A stretch of 64,000 nucleotides of DNA, taken from NCBI GenBank assembly GCA_030141605.1, contig JAQGDQ010000613.1:62001-126000 (forward strand), written 5' to 3'. Under the pieces are notes generated by a model. The model had not been told where the DNA came from, made no database searches, and was given only the letters and a program-made list of their open reading frames with translations. The translations under genes were made by a program, and so were the position numbers. Shown piece by piece: positions 43,401-56,703 of the stretch. Positions within the stretch are counted from its first letter, which is position 1. Each line of letters begins with the position of its first letter. Source of the stretch: Tubiluchus corallicola. Lineage: Eukaryota; Animalia; Priapulida.

Positions 43401-46400
43401 CTATGATTTTTGTCAGTTCAGTTTTATTGTGTTTAATTGTTTATGCTATCGTCTCATCATCCGAGGGTTCAGACTGGTGTAGGGCCAGGCCATCCATTCC
43501 TTGTGATAATGGTATGTTAGGTTCTGTATTCAAGATGAGTCACATGTTATTTTGCACTGTTTAAATACAAAGCATACATTTCTCAGATAATCTGCACTTT
43601 TAATTGGTGTCTGAACTTTTTTATTTATCATTTATTTTTTCTTACTGCTTACTAATTTTTGTAGTATATTTGATGGACTATATAGTTATTTTTATTGTCA
43701 GTAAAACTATTACTACTACTAATTAATTTTCTGTGGAACACTAACATCATTTCTTTTACACAAATGAAACAACAGCTCTCCTTGCCACCCCTTCCCATTT
43801 TAGATGTAAATGCACTGTACATCAAGTAAACAGTTTAAGATGAGTAAAAAAAACAACACAACTGAAGCCATGAATTTTTTGATGATATACATACTGTAAC
43901 ACATACTGTGTTAAATGGTCATTATCAAGTTTAGCTTTGATGCTCACCGTTTCTGTCTTACAGGAGAGAGATCTGGGAGATGAATATGGCTGGAAACAAG
44001 TGCATGGTGACGTGTTCCGACCCGCGTTTCATCCGATGCTGTTTACTGCTCTTATTGGTTCAGGGTATCAAATGGCTGTTGTGACTATGTTTGTTGTATG
44101 TTTCACCATCATGGGAGAATTATACACAGAGTAAGTGCTTTTTTATAGTATCAAGAACATTCTGTCAGTAAATCAAGTGTTCTCCAAGTTTCGTAAGACT
44201 ATTTGGTAAACAGTTTCAGAAAAGCGTATTGACTATGTTTGTTATATGTTTCACCATCATGGGAGAGCTATACACAGAGTGAATGCTTCTTTATAGTATC
44301 AAGAACATTCTCTCAGTAAATCAAGTTTTCTCCAAGTTTCATAAGACTATTTGGTAAACCGTTTCAGAAAAGTGCTTTGTAGGCATTAGAGAACACCTAC
44401 ACCTTATATTTTAGTATAGTTTTAGTTTATTTCACATCTATTTAACATAGAAAACAGTTTTCATAAAGCAATAAAAATACAGTACAAGCATACTACTTAC
44501 TTAAGAAACCTTGTTAAATCAACATGTCCATGTTTTTTGTGAAATAACTTAACATTTCCAGCTATAAGTAATGGCGAGTCATTTACAGAAGCAAGCATCA
44601 GTTCCATATTGTAACAACAGGATGTGAGAAAAATTCATTAAAGTGTATCTACGTGTATGTCTTACAAGGAGCTTTAACGATTGATTACTTTTACTTTTAT
44701 TATTCAGAGTTTTGGTAAAGAGGGATTCAGTCTTTTTAGCTTTTAGTCAATGTTTTAGTGAATTGGTTTATAATGATTTACCTTGTGTCTTTAAAGAGGA
44801 TATTGATAACACTGGCATTTGTATTAATACGTAGCATAGCCATCCATTCTTGGAGTGTTAATTATACATATCTAAAATCCAGTGCATTCTTTGATTAGTA
44901 AGTTTCTCTGTTGTTTTTAACGTATTTCTATGGTGCTTTAAATTGTTAGAATCTCCATGTTCATGAATAGTTTGCTTTCAGGCGCGGATCCCTACTCAGT
45001 ACAGCTATCTTCGTATATGCAGCTACATCACCAGTGAACGGCTACTTTGGAGGTAGCCTGTATGCACGCATGGGAGGTGAGAATTGGTAGAAGTTTTTTG
45101 ATAATTATATATTGGTAGTGACAAGTTATTGATAGTTGCTGACTAAGATTAAATTCAGCTCAGGAAAGGATGTACAAAAGGAACCTAGTTTTCTACGGAT
45201 TTGAACCAAGACCTTTGTGATGTAAGCTCATACTCTTATTTGTTGCATGATTCAGTTCTTTGCATCTTCGTGTAGCACAATGATCAGTGTAGGGAAAATG
45301 GTTATAAGTCTTGATTTTTTTAAATTTTGGCTTGATAATGTTTTTTTTTGTGCATTTTAGGTAAGATATGGATTAAGCAAATGCTGTTGAGTGCCTTTCT
45401 CCTGCCTAGTTTAGTGTGTGGTACAGCATTTACGATCAACTTTATTGCTATCTATTATCACGCCTCAAGGGCTATCCCATTTGGCAGTATGGTGAGTAAT
45501 TAAACTTCCTGTCATTGCTAAATTAGAACTACATTATATAAACGGACAAAAAACAAGAACCTTTATGCATTTTTATTAATTGCTCAGGATTTGTGGTTGG
45601 ACTAATAGTTGAGTTTTTAAGTCAAACATTTACAATTTACTGTTTTTTTTTGTTTGTTTGTCTCAGAAATGAGTGGTTGTGAATTTAAACTGTTGATGGA
45701 TGACAGGGAGTGATCTGTTTGAGGATTTAATTCCTTGCTGTCATCCATAGCACACAGTGGTAGGCACAACCTTCGTATTGATCATGGCTGTATAATTTTA
45801 CTGTTTACATTTACTCATGTGTATGTATTTATTGTTGCGTCAAATTAATAATAATAATGTAGATATTCCATTGATATTCCAAAACTTAATTCCTCTCTTT
45901 TTTGTTATTTGTGGTTATCCATTAAGCTTTAAAAGGCTGATTTTGTTAATTAATAGACTAATACATGCAATAAATTTGACTTTTGACTGTCATTGTACAG
46001 TTTGCAGACAGTACATCAGTGTTTGCAATATTATATTTTAAATAATATTCCACCAGGTGGCAGTCACGTGCATATGTTTATTTGTCATTCTGCCGCTGAC
46101 ACTAGTCGGAACTGTTTTGGGCAGAAATCTCGCTGGACAACCTGACCATCCTTGTAGGATCAACGCGGTGCCACGACCTATTCCAGAGAAAAAGTGGTAT
46201 GTCTCGGCATTAGTGTATCGTTTTATGCGTTATTTAGATCGGCATTGATTCCACTCTAGTAAAATTACATGAATATTTATGAAGATACTGCATTAGTTCA
46301 AGCCAATTTTATTACAGACACATAAAAACAGTTAAAAATTAAAATCATGCCAAATGTTTCGACTAGCTGCTGCTTTTAATCATCAGTGATAAATTTACAA

Positions 46401-49400
46401 ACACACAACCAGTTTATATAGGCAGAGCCTATTATGCACTAATTAAGTAGTTAACAGAAATTATCTACTTATTAAAAGTGATACGTTTTAGTGATGATTT
46501 GATACATTTTTACCACGTCGTTCCGATACTAAAGCAAAACCGGACCCAGTCTTAAATTGCAGGTCGAAACAATTTACTCTTTAAAGTGTTGTAAGGAAGC
46601 ATACTGTTTTTTCAAAAATGATTTATGTGAAAGAATTATTACCACACAAAGTCATTTTCGCATTCACACCACTAGTTCTTCACTGTTACATGCATTTTGC
46701 CATTCGCTAGTTAGATGAGTACTGGTGCCTGTATTTTGGAAATGTATTACACAAAAAACAGGTGCTATGCCTCTCTGTTCAAATGTGTTAGTTTGTGACG
46801 AACTACACACATTCGACAGCTCATGCTTGAGCACAACAGTAAATTTGAAATTTGAATTTTTATCTTAAAACATTTTAGTACAACACACTGAATATCTTAC
46901 AGTAGCACTGTACTTCAATTTTTGCTTTTGCAAACACGTGCAACACGCTCATGGAATATTTTTGCCGTTGAAAATTATGTTAGTTTGTGGTGTCATCAAT
47001 AGTTGGCTCGCCCATTGTTAATTATGTTTTCAATCTATAATTTAATTATCAGAAACGCTTTTGCAGCAGTAAATGTGTTAAAATGTATACTTTTATCAGA
47101 CTTGAAAATGGGGTAGTATATGAAAAATCATCCTGTTTTCCTTTAATGTTTCTTGTGTCTTTGCAAATCTGTGAAATTGCCTACAAGTAATAAGGACCCA
47201 AATACGCAAATGTACCGTGCATGTATATTAGATACAATATTTCTTATTCTTTTAGGTACATGGAGCCTTACGTTATAGTTATTTTGGGTGGAATCTTGCC
47301 GTTCGGTTCCATATTTATTGAAATGTAAGTTTGTCACTTTTGCTGTCATTATTTGTCAAGTACAAATGGCCGATCGGATGTATTTTATTGGGCATGGGTA
47401 GAGCTGTGTAGAAAATGATGATTTGCTAGGCCTTCCCATTAAAAGTGCATTATAGTACTTCAACTTGTAACATCTTGTGCTAATTGTAGTACTTTTTAGT
47501 TTATATGTAAAATTCTGTAGGTAGTACTCACTAGTCTATTTGAACATACACAGTTCTCTAGTATGGTAAAGCAGTGCTGTTAACACTAGTGTTTTTAAAT
47601 TTCAACTTAGGCCTACTGCGTTGAAATTTAAATAATATATGTAAACTAATTAAACCTATATCAATGAAACATGAGAAACCGATACCGAAACTAAACCGAA
47701 CAGAAACATTTTTACAAAACCAGCTAGTGTTAAAACTGAAAAAAAGAAAAATCAAAAATAAGTAAAATATTTTGTTTTTTCGTTTGTCTGCTTTTATTTA
47801 CGGTGATCCAAATTACTGATAAAAAAGTTCAATCATGTTTTACAGTATGGAACCTTAAGTTTGATCGAGTGGCTTACGCTAGAAAAATTAATGCGTTACA
47901 ATATTTTTGGATTTAAGTATCCTTAATGATTAATGTTTAAAGATCATAATGCTTCATTTTATTTTATTTTGTAGATATTTTGTTGCCTATAATATTTCAT
48001 AAATTATAAAATTAAATGCGATTTTGCTCAAATAAATTCAAACGTGGTTTGATATTTCGGTTGATTGGGCCTGGAGACCCTAAACTTCATAATGGTCAGC
48101 ACTGAAGATATGCCGAATGCTGTGAAAAGCACATCACAAGCTGTAATGTAAATGAAATTTTCGCTTTATTTGAACTATTTTAGCCAAGATTTTTCAGCAG
48201 TTCTTGACATCTAGGAGAAAAGAAAAGGTAAATAGGATAAATATTAGTAAAACCTCGGAAAAATGTTACCGAAGATTATCCGAAATTTCGGCTACAAAAT
48301 TTAACAAATTCCAGCGAAACCGAAACTTAACCAACAGTGCAAGTATCGGTAAACCGAACCAAAAATTTCCTTTTGGTGACATCCCTGATTGAACAACTTT
48401 TGTCTTTCTGAGTTTAGACATTTTTTCTAAGCATTTCATATGTTACACTTCAGCGGGATATTCTTCAGAAAATCGTATTGTATATTTTGTGTCTGGTAAC
48501 CACTAATTGCTTGGATTAATTAACTAATTATTAAAATTTTTTGTGTTTTAGGTACTTTATTTTCACCTCATTCTGGGCCTACAAGATATATTATGTCTAC
48601 GGCTTTATGCTTCTTGTATTTGTTATACTGATGGTAGTTACCTGCTGCGTCACTGTTGTCTGTACATACTTCTTGTTAAATGCTGAAGATTATCGATGGT
48701 ATGTTAATGTCATAGTGTGCTATATTTTTGTTTAAGGTATAACTTAGTTTAAAGTAGAATATAAGGGAATTTTAAAGTATTTACTCAATTAACTTTTCAT
48801 GCAAAGTAGTATTACTTAGCATTATGCTTACCTGTTTGAAAAACTTATGTAATTCGAAAAGAAAATTATTAATAATTTAAAATATTCACGTCACCTGGTA
48901 AAATTGCACTGCATTGCCAATCCAGTGTGCACCACTGATTCACCAAAAAACGTTATTAATCTTACTGACAATATAAAGTAATTAAACTTTTGCTTAGCTA
49001 GCAAAGCATGTGCTACAAATGCTTTGATAATTTTTTCAAACTTTACACAATGTTATCTAAACTTGTTTTAAACAAGTTAGCGTTAAAATGGCTGCACCTG
49101 ACGGTCATCGCAGGAGCTTAATTTCCAAGTTTTTTACGGCGTTGGTGCTAATACAAACTTTGTGCGCAATAAAGCAGCATGAAAGTGATGCAAAATTTCA
49201 ACACATATTTTTAAGCTTTATTTATGAAGAGTGTTTTCTTGTGCTTTAAGCCTTTTTGTTTGTGACAGATGTTATCATTTGAACTATTGGGTTGGGTGCT
49301 GTACATCAGTAGTTTTATTGTTGAATGTTATTTTATCACCCAAGTTCATTAAAGCCTACAGAGCTTAGAATTCTGTAGCTTTAGCTAACGTTTATTCACG

Positions 49401-52117
49401 AATTCAAATCCTGAATATGCTTTCTTCTAAAATGTGAGAACACTTTGAAAAGATTTTTATTGAAATATGTTTTTCTAGGCAGTGGACTAGTTTCTTAGCT
49501 GGTGGATCTACGGCAGCTTATGTGTATATCTATTCTTTCTACTATTTCTTTTTTAAAACAAAGTAAGTAAACTCTAGTAATATGAGTAATATTAGTATCT
49601 TGATAAGAAGTTTCACTTTATTAAGCTTCTTTACATTTGTATGCAAGTTAGCTAAAAAGTTATAGGGTTCCAAAAGGGATGTTCAACAAATTATTTCGGA
49701 ACTTTAAATAATGTTTACATGTATGTCAAAATAGCCTTTAGAGTAGAACTAAAATAAAAGAAATTGAAATATTTGAATGAAAGACAGTTTGTCTATAACT
49801 GACTGTCAATGTTTAAGTAAAAGTTTGCGTTAATTTGTGTTTTGCATAGTTTTCGTGTTTGTGTGCTTGCATGGCAAAATCACTCGTAAATTAGCAATTA
49901 AGCTTTTCTAGTTATTCACATAATCCTGAATTTCCATTTCATGAAGATTATTTTGATACCAAGTTCTACGCTGTATCTTATTTCTAAGCTGAGATATCCA
50001 TGGTGAAGTTGAGGTGCTCTTTACACACTGAAAAGCTTAATCTTGAGAAAATCCTTATTAAAGTTGGCCATTGTTTTTTGTCGCATTTCTACAAAACATT
50101 TAGCACCCGCACAAATGTTGGTTGCTATGGATTTTGCAAGAACACATTGAAATTGTTTAAATCCAGTAGATGGCTCTTTCTAATGAAGATCTGGACTTGG
50201 TAACAGGAAAAATCCGAAGCAAAATGATTGTTTCCATGAGCTACTACTGGAGTTTGAAAATACAAGTTTTTCACAATAATAGTGGTACTAGCTTTTAGCG
50301 CAGAAAATTGGTACAAAGTTATAATAATAGATTTTTGGTGTTCTTTTGAACACTTTCTCCATAATTTTATGTGACAATATAAAAGTCCAATATATTTAGC
50401 ATTTGCTTTTATAAAAAACACAAAATTAACATTTGACCAAATTTTTTGTGCATTTTAATTTGAAGCATAATAACATAGTTTTAACTATGCTGTCTTGTGG
50501 ACGGTTTTGATTTGCAAGCACACATTTAATAACTTATAGTTACTTCCATGATGATGTCTACTTCAAAGCTTATGATTTTCTATATTATTATTTGCAGAAT
50601 GTACGGTTTGTTCCAAACGACATTCTACTTCGGATACATGGCGCTATTCTGTGCAGCGCTTGGAATCATGTGTGGTAAGTAACTGATCAAGATTCTGTGA
50701 TTCATTAATTAGGTTATGACTGTGAATGCCAAACTGTTCATAAAAGTTTATCTTATAACGTTACTATCCTCGCGGGTAACGAGTTGAAAAAAGGAGATGC
50801 TGAAAAATTGTGAGCCAGTCGGGCACTGAACCGGAGACCCTAGAATTAGAATTTTTCAGCGTTGCCTTTCTTTACCTCATTACCTCCAAGGGTAACAATT
50901 GTTGTGAAATAAACTGTAATGGTTTATGAACATTCAGGCACAAACAGTTGTAACCTAATTAATAATATCTTTAATTGCGAGCTAATTTGATTGTTTGACT
51001 CATTAAATGGGGTTTACACAGTGGTGTTTGGTTAAGTTAAAATGAGCTTAAGTTAAAAGGAGTAAACCAGAAGGAATATTGCAGGAAGAATAAAAGTACA
51101 CATACGTTTGCAAGAGAATTGGGTGCAGTGATTTATGTAGTTTTTGCCTCAGTTGCTACAAAAGTATTCTTGTATTTGGAAATGAGTTATGGTTAAGAGA
51201 GAGAGAGAGAGGCCCGATTCTGGGTTCTCGCGTGTAGTTCTTTGCTGTTACATGCATTCACTAGTTAGACGGGTGCCAGCATCTGCATCTTGTAATTGCA
51301 CAAAAAAACAGGCACTGTGCTCCTCTGTTCATGTCTAGTTCAGTTGTGATGTGACACACATATTCGAGAATTTGTGTGAGCACAGCAGTAAACTTGAAAT
51401 TTAAATTGTTAAACTTAAAATTTAGCGAGTTTTTGAACGTCACATTGAATGTTCTACAGTTGCACTGTACATCAATTGTTGCCTTTACAAACGCATGCAG
51501 CACACTTGTGAAATGTTTGTGCTGTTGAAAATTATGTTCATATGTGAAGCAATCACTAGCTGAGCTTGCACGCTGTTGATAAAGATTTAACCTATTATTC
51601 AATTATCAGAAACACCTTGACATTATTAAAGGTGTTGAAATGCGTACTTTTTATGAACTTCAAAATGAGATAGGATATGAAAAATCATCCTGTTTTCCTT
51701 TTAGTATTGAATCCATACTTAATAAAATGAATTGAATTTGATGCTTAATGATAACTATGAGAATGCGTGCCTGTTAATGGTCACTGGAATTATAAAAACC
51801 CTAATGTGACTGTCTATTTGTATGGGCTGGCCTTTAGTTGACTGTGAATGTGTATGATAATGTCCAAAATGTTGTTAGAATAAGAAGTAACATTTCTGAG
51901 AGTTTCTAACCTGCATCCTTGGTTTCTGTCTTCATAACTTCCTTTTCAGAAAATAAATTGTAGTCACCATGGCAACTGCAGTGCAAAATGTAAATTACAC
52001 TTTGTATTTGAGATTTTTTGTATATTATAATTATATTTCCTTATTCTAGGAACGTTTGGTTATGTCGGTACGAATGCTTTTGTTCGAAAGATTTATGCCA
52101 CCGTGAAAATCGACTGA
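36307..52117 (+). CDS. TM9SF3: Transmembrane 9 superfamily member 3 (nonaspanin), 583 aa
   Basis: Fifteen GT-AG exons in frame: 36307-36390, 39699-39894, 40516-40638, 41484-41644, 41829-41906, 42728-42859, 43964-44130, 44982-45076, 45361-45491, 46057-46196, 47256-47324, 48552-48698, 49479-49562, 50598-50674, 52050-52117 (1752 nt). Signal peptide + [45 protein letters not shown]-terminal VKID*. Confidence 0.98.
38500..38912 (+). repeat. Dispersed repeat family A copy 1 (TM9SF3 intron 1)
   Basis: Homologous to 46700-47143 and 51260-51700 (cacaaaaaacagg...cttgaaattt...gcactgt...atgaaaaatc). Boundaries approximate. Confidence 0.75.
39119..39597. mobile_element. hAT-like MITE with (GGAGTC)n subterminal repeats
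   Basis: CAGAGCTGTGGAGTCGG...CCGACTCCACAGCCATG; 8-bp TSD tttctaac/tctctaac. Confidence 0.8.
40023..40452. repeat. Polypyrimidine low-complexity tract ending in (CT)n microsatellite
   Basis: Direct inspection; ends ~63 nt upstream of TM9SF3 exon 3. Confidence 0.95.
40927..41366. mobile_element. Long-TIR foldback MITE
   Basis: ~120-bp imperfect inverted arms (tattttggagt...gcatactaattgaaga / tcttcaattagtatgc...actccaaaata). Confidence 0.7.
42118..42539. mobile_element. MITE family H copy 2
   Basis: CAGGGTTCCC...GGAACCCTG; inverted homologue of 27891-28246. Confidence 0.75.
44082..44372 (+). repeat. 148-bp tandem duplication spanning the TM9SF3 exon 7 3' end and splice donor
   Basis: Units begin at 44082 and 44230 (tgactatgtttgtt...tacacaga|gt...gtttcagaaaag). 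Confidence 0.9.
46700..47143 (+). repeat. Dispersed repeat family A copy 2 (TM9SF3 intron 10)
   Basis: Homologous to 38500-38912 and 51260-51700. Confidence 0.75.
47388..47632 (+). repeat. ~245-bp segment duplicated between TM9SF3 intron 11 and its 3' UTR region (52482-52755)
   Basis: Shared blocks such as caacttgtaacatcttgtgctaattgtagtactttt and tgaacatacacagttct. Confidence 0.85.
49859..50525 (+). mobile_element. Family B copy 3
   Basis: Full-length homologue of 22061-22834 with both TIRs. Confidence 0.8.
50704..50973. mobile_element. Palindromic element with tRNA-like loop
   Basis: Imperfect ~105-bp arms attaattaggtta...gctgaaaaatt / aatttttcagc...taacctaattaat; loop reads ggtctccggttcagtgcccg on the - strand (B-box-like). 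Confidence 0.6.
51260..51700 (+). repeat. Dispersed repeat family A copy 3 (TM9SF3 intron 14)
   Basis: Homologous to 38500-38912 and 46700-47143. Confidence 0.75.
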
Positions 52118-53030
52118 TCCAGTCTGTATCGTTAGTCCTGCATTACGCTCGTTAACAAATTGACAAGGATAGAGTTTGTTCTATAATTAATGATGTTATT
52201 TTATTATCAAGTTACCTTTGGTTACCCTGTTGAACTGTGGTTCTGGTCTGTACAATTTCAAGCTGGTGACATATTTTCTTAAGTCACTGTCTAAACGAGG
52301 TGCAATATGGCATACAATGAGAACGATGAGAGTGCACAATGTGGGAGCAAAATGCACAGTTATAAAGTTCAGGAGCATATTATTGAACTGAGGTGATATT
52401 GCGTGATTTTTAGTTAAAAATTTCAACATCAGACATGTGTAAAGTTCGCCAGTAACATATAGCTGATTGGATTTGTTTCATTTGACATGGGTAGAGCCTT
52501 GTAGTAATATTAGAAAATGATGCTTTGGTGGGCCTTCTGATCAAAAGTACATTACAGTGCTCCAACTTGTAACATCTTGTGCTAATTGTAGTACTTTTAA
52601 TTGATATATAAAATTCTGTATGTAGTACTTACTAGTCTATCTGAACATACACAGTTCTGTAATAGTGCAAAACAGTATTGTTGACTAATGTATTTAAATG
52701 GTAACTTAGGCCTACTTAAATAGGCCTAATTAGGCCTATTCCATTGAAATTTAATTAGCAGAGTAAGCTAAGTATATCAGTTCTTGATACTGATGAGTAC
52801 TGTTTTTACTCTCATGATAAATTCAGTACATTATTTTGATGTATTTACTCCATTTTGCATGATGTGCTACGTTGAGTATCGCTAAATTATATTTTAATGA
52901 CAAGTTTGTATGAATAAACTGTAAATACAAATGTGTAATTATTAGCTATAAGTTTGGTGTTTTCCTTGGGCTATTAACAAACTGTTTCTGGCAAAATGTT
53001 TCCTTTTTACATGATGTGAACAAAGTTCAT

Positions 53031-53493
53031 ATGAATATGTAGTGTGGCTGTGTCGGTGTGACACATGAATATGTAGTGTGGCTGTGTCAGTGTGACACAT
53101 GAATATGTAGTGTGGCTGTGTCAGTGTGACACATGAATATGTAGTGTGGCTCTGTTTGTGTGACACATCTGAATATGTAGTGTGGCTCTGTCGGTGTGGC
53201 ACATGAATATATAGTGTGGCTGTGTCGGTGTGACACATATGAATATGTAGTGTGGCTCTGTCAGTGTGGCACATCAATGTGTAGTGTGGCTCCGTCAATG
53301 TGACACATTGAATATATAGTGTGGCTCTGTCGGTGTGGCACATGAATGTGTAGTGTGGCACGTGAATGTGTAGTGTGGCTCCATCAATGTGACACATCTG
53401 AATATATAGTGTGGCTCCGTCAATGTGACACATCTGAATATGTAGCGTGGCTCTGTCGGAGTGGCACAAGAATATGTAGAGCAACTCCGTCAA
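53031..53493. repeat. Minisatellite, ~34-36-bp unit, about 13 copies
   Basis: Unit tgaatatgtagtgtggctstgtcrgtgtgacaca(tc), directly visible. Confidence 0.95.
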
Positions 53494-54640
53494 TGGGAAA
53501 TAGTTGTAAAGTCAAAATAAAAAGTGTTGAGTTGCCAAATCGTCTTTCTTGGCAGTTTACTGCTCATATGTTCAACGAAATTTATCTTAAACACACAAGC
53601 ATAAGAGCATAACAAACGCTATGAATATTATGTATATAAGTGAAAAGTGATTATTACTGAATCATTTGCATAAATGTAAAACTCTTCTGTATTCCAGTTT
53701 TTGAAGGTTTTCTTGCTGTACTTAATAGTAATGGCACTGATTTGTCTTGTTGTTTTGATTCTGTTAACCAGTTTCTTTACATTGCTTGTGAAATTTATTT
53801 ATTGATGTTTTTGCTTATGATCATACATGTGCTTGGAGTGGACACCGGTCAGTGGTGGGCTGACTGCCCTACACTGCTGTCTATTGTATGTAAAAGAGAG
53901 TCTTTAATTGGCCTGTTTCCATATTTTATTAAATTTCATCATTTAAATTGTTGTAAACTGTGAGCTGTATAATAAACCTAATAAGTTTTATTAATTGATT
54001 TCTTCACGAGCATTTCTTTAAAAGTTAGTATTTGTAATCTTTAAATTACTTGTTTATAAAATCATTAATAAGAAAAGGGATTTCGTGTTGATTAAGTCAA
54101 TGACACAAACTTGGATTCATGAAAACAAATACAAGATCAGCTGGTGCCTACTGCTAATACAAGTACTGCACATCATAATTATTTTGCTTATACCTAGTCC
54201 ACACGGTCTTTCAAAAGTATTCAAAAACACTGAACTCTGTCCACATGATAAGTTTTCATTAACAGTTACTTTGCGCATTACTAGTTGCTGAAGGGGTGTT
54301 CTCTAACGTCTCTTCATTTCTGAAAGAGCGCCAAAATGGCTTGTTGGAAAACGAGCTTCGTTTTAGTTTAGCATGGGCTGCAAAGGAAGTGTGAAACTAA
54401 GGGAAAAAGAACTTCGAAAAAGAAATGAAACAAGAAGACAAAAAATTTCGGGAATTAAAAGCAAAAGTGCAAATTTGGATAACACCAACTATGTTTAATT
54501 ACTTATACTTAGCCCACACATTTCTTCAAAAGAATGACATTCAAAACACAGAACTCTATCCACTGTTACTTTGCGCATAACGATTTCTTGAAGGGATGTT
54601 CTCTAACTTCTCCCTCGTTTCTGAAATAGCGCCAACACGG

Positions 54641-55488
54641 TGTCGCGAACGTTGTGTTATTCTAGTTTTGCTATTAAAGTTAATTACAGTTTCGACGTTT
54701 CTAATTTGAAAGATAGAAAGGCGGGAGAGCTATTAAGAAGGGCTGAAGATGGGATAAAGACGACAACGTCCGGATTAATCTAGGAAAATAAAGAGAAAGA
54801 GACAATCCAAATCTTATTAAATTGTTTTTATATTTCAGAATAAACTATGCATAACGCTTAGCAGAATGTTTAGTAGTTCACTGTGTGTATTTAACCTGCA
54901 TAATTTATCGTTTTAATGTTTAAACAAATTGAAACCCAGCAATGAATAAAAGCAAAATTAAAATTTGAGTTAATTTATTTATTAGCCATGGCTAATAAAA
55001 TCTAATAAATAATTGAATAATGTAACTTAATTTTATGGATTCACTTCATAAACGTATACGCGATTTTATCACAATTACTGCACAGGAAAGAACACTACGT
55101 TTCACATATTAGATTTCACAAAATATCAAAATACATTATAAGCAAAGAGTTACATTTGGAGTATCAAGCTGATACGTGTCAAACAGTCAGCGTATACAGA
55201 ACCGCATAACTTGTATAAATTTTACGAAGAAAGCAGTTAACAGCCGATGCATATCAGGTCAAGTGGTCAAGCTAGCGTAAAACTATATGTAAGAAAACCA
55301 CGTAAGTAACCTACAGATTGACATGTACAGATTATTTATGATCACCAGGAAAGGTTAAGCAAACTAAATGTATTTAAAGTAAAAATAAAACATTTTGAAG
55401 GAACGCAGCTGCATTGTTAACCAAAAATAAAAATGAAAAGTCATTACAAAACATAGAATTGAACTCTACTCCTGTGCGTCGCGCGACA
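54641..55488. mobile_element. Solo LTR of an LTR retrotransposon (848 bp)
   Basis: TGTCGCG...CGCGACA termini with perfect 5-bp TSD cacgg (54636-54640, 55489-55493); interrupts the second unit of a local tandem duplication. Confidence 0.8.
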
Positions 55489-56703
55489 CACGGCTTGTAT
55501 GAAAACAAGGCTTGCTTTAGCACGTGCTGCAAAGGAAGTGTGAAATCAAAGAAAAGAGAATTTTAGCGAAGAAACGAAACAAGAAGTTATGAAATATTTC
55601 CGAAAAGCAGAAACGCAAATAAATTTTAAATTATATTTGGCTAACACCAAGTATGCTGGATTACTAGACAAAATTTCACCTCTTAATAATGCAAAAAGAG
55701 TATGTTGTCAAGGTACCGTAGCTTGCAGAATTTTCAAAAATAAAAAAATGCTGTGATGGCAGCTATAAGAATGTTAAATTTTGTGAAAATGCTTCACTCT
55801 ACTGATCACAAAGTCTTGGAAAATAAATATAATTTTAGAATTCTCGTTCCCTTTTCCTTTTCTGACTTTTGTATATTTTTGGACATTGTTGCATTCTTCT
55901 GAAAGTAATGGAAGATGACTTCCGAGTGTTCCTGTTTTTCAAAGATACCATCTCATCTTTCCTGATTCACGGACGCGTAGGGATACCTGTCCTAAATCTT
56001 ACATAATTATTGTAAGGAATAATATGGTCCCGGGTGAATTATATACCGTTTTTTTTGTGTTACATGTGGTGCCACAATATTGGAGTAAATTATATTCATT
56101 ATGGAACAATTACCTATAGCGAGATTCGATAATTTTCTGATGAACGAAGATACGTTTGAAGTTAATTCAGCTCTAATTTTCATTCTGGGAAAGTGAAACT
56201 CACAATTATGATAACAATTAAAAAGACGTAAAAACCCTATCCATCAGATATATTAGAATATTATATTGTTTTCATGTAGATTTGAATACATGTACATAAA
56301 TGTTAGCTCTCGAATCTAAAATAATTGATGAAAATATTTGCGTATTGTAAATAGGCGAAATGAGTGTAACAGTTGTTTATATGGGTTATAAAGTCAACAG
56401 CTTCCAATTAGCCTACTTCTGTTTTTAATTGTATGGCATCATTAATGGCAATTGTAAATGTCTAATATTAATTTACTAACAGCTTCTGCGTTTAATGAGC
56501 GACGACTCTACACAAAAATTTGCACAAGTGACCTAACAAATACCGAACGAGACACAAGTCTAGAGCACGAGCCAAACATATTCAGAATCCATATATAATT
56601 CTTGTTGCAGTACAGAATATGTTTTCAAAGTGTGGTTTTTTGTATTGCCAGCCATTTATATACTATGTGATTTTCTTATAGTCTAAATAATGTCCGATAA
56701 TCT

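Noticed and set aside
53031-53493. CRISPR-like array or His/Cys-rich 183-aa ORF (52942-53493)
   Set aside because: Units are contiguous with no unique spacers, there are no cas genes, and the context is eukaryotic; the ORF is a by-product of the minisatellite.
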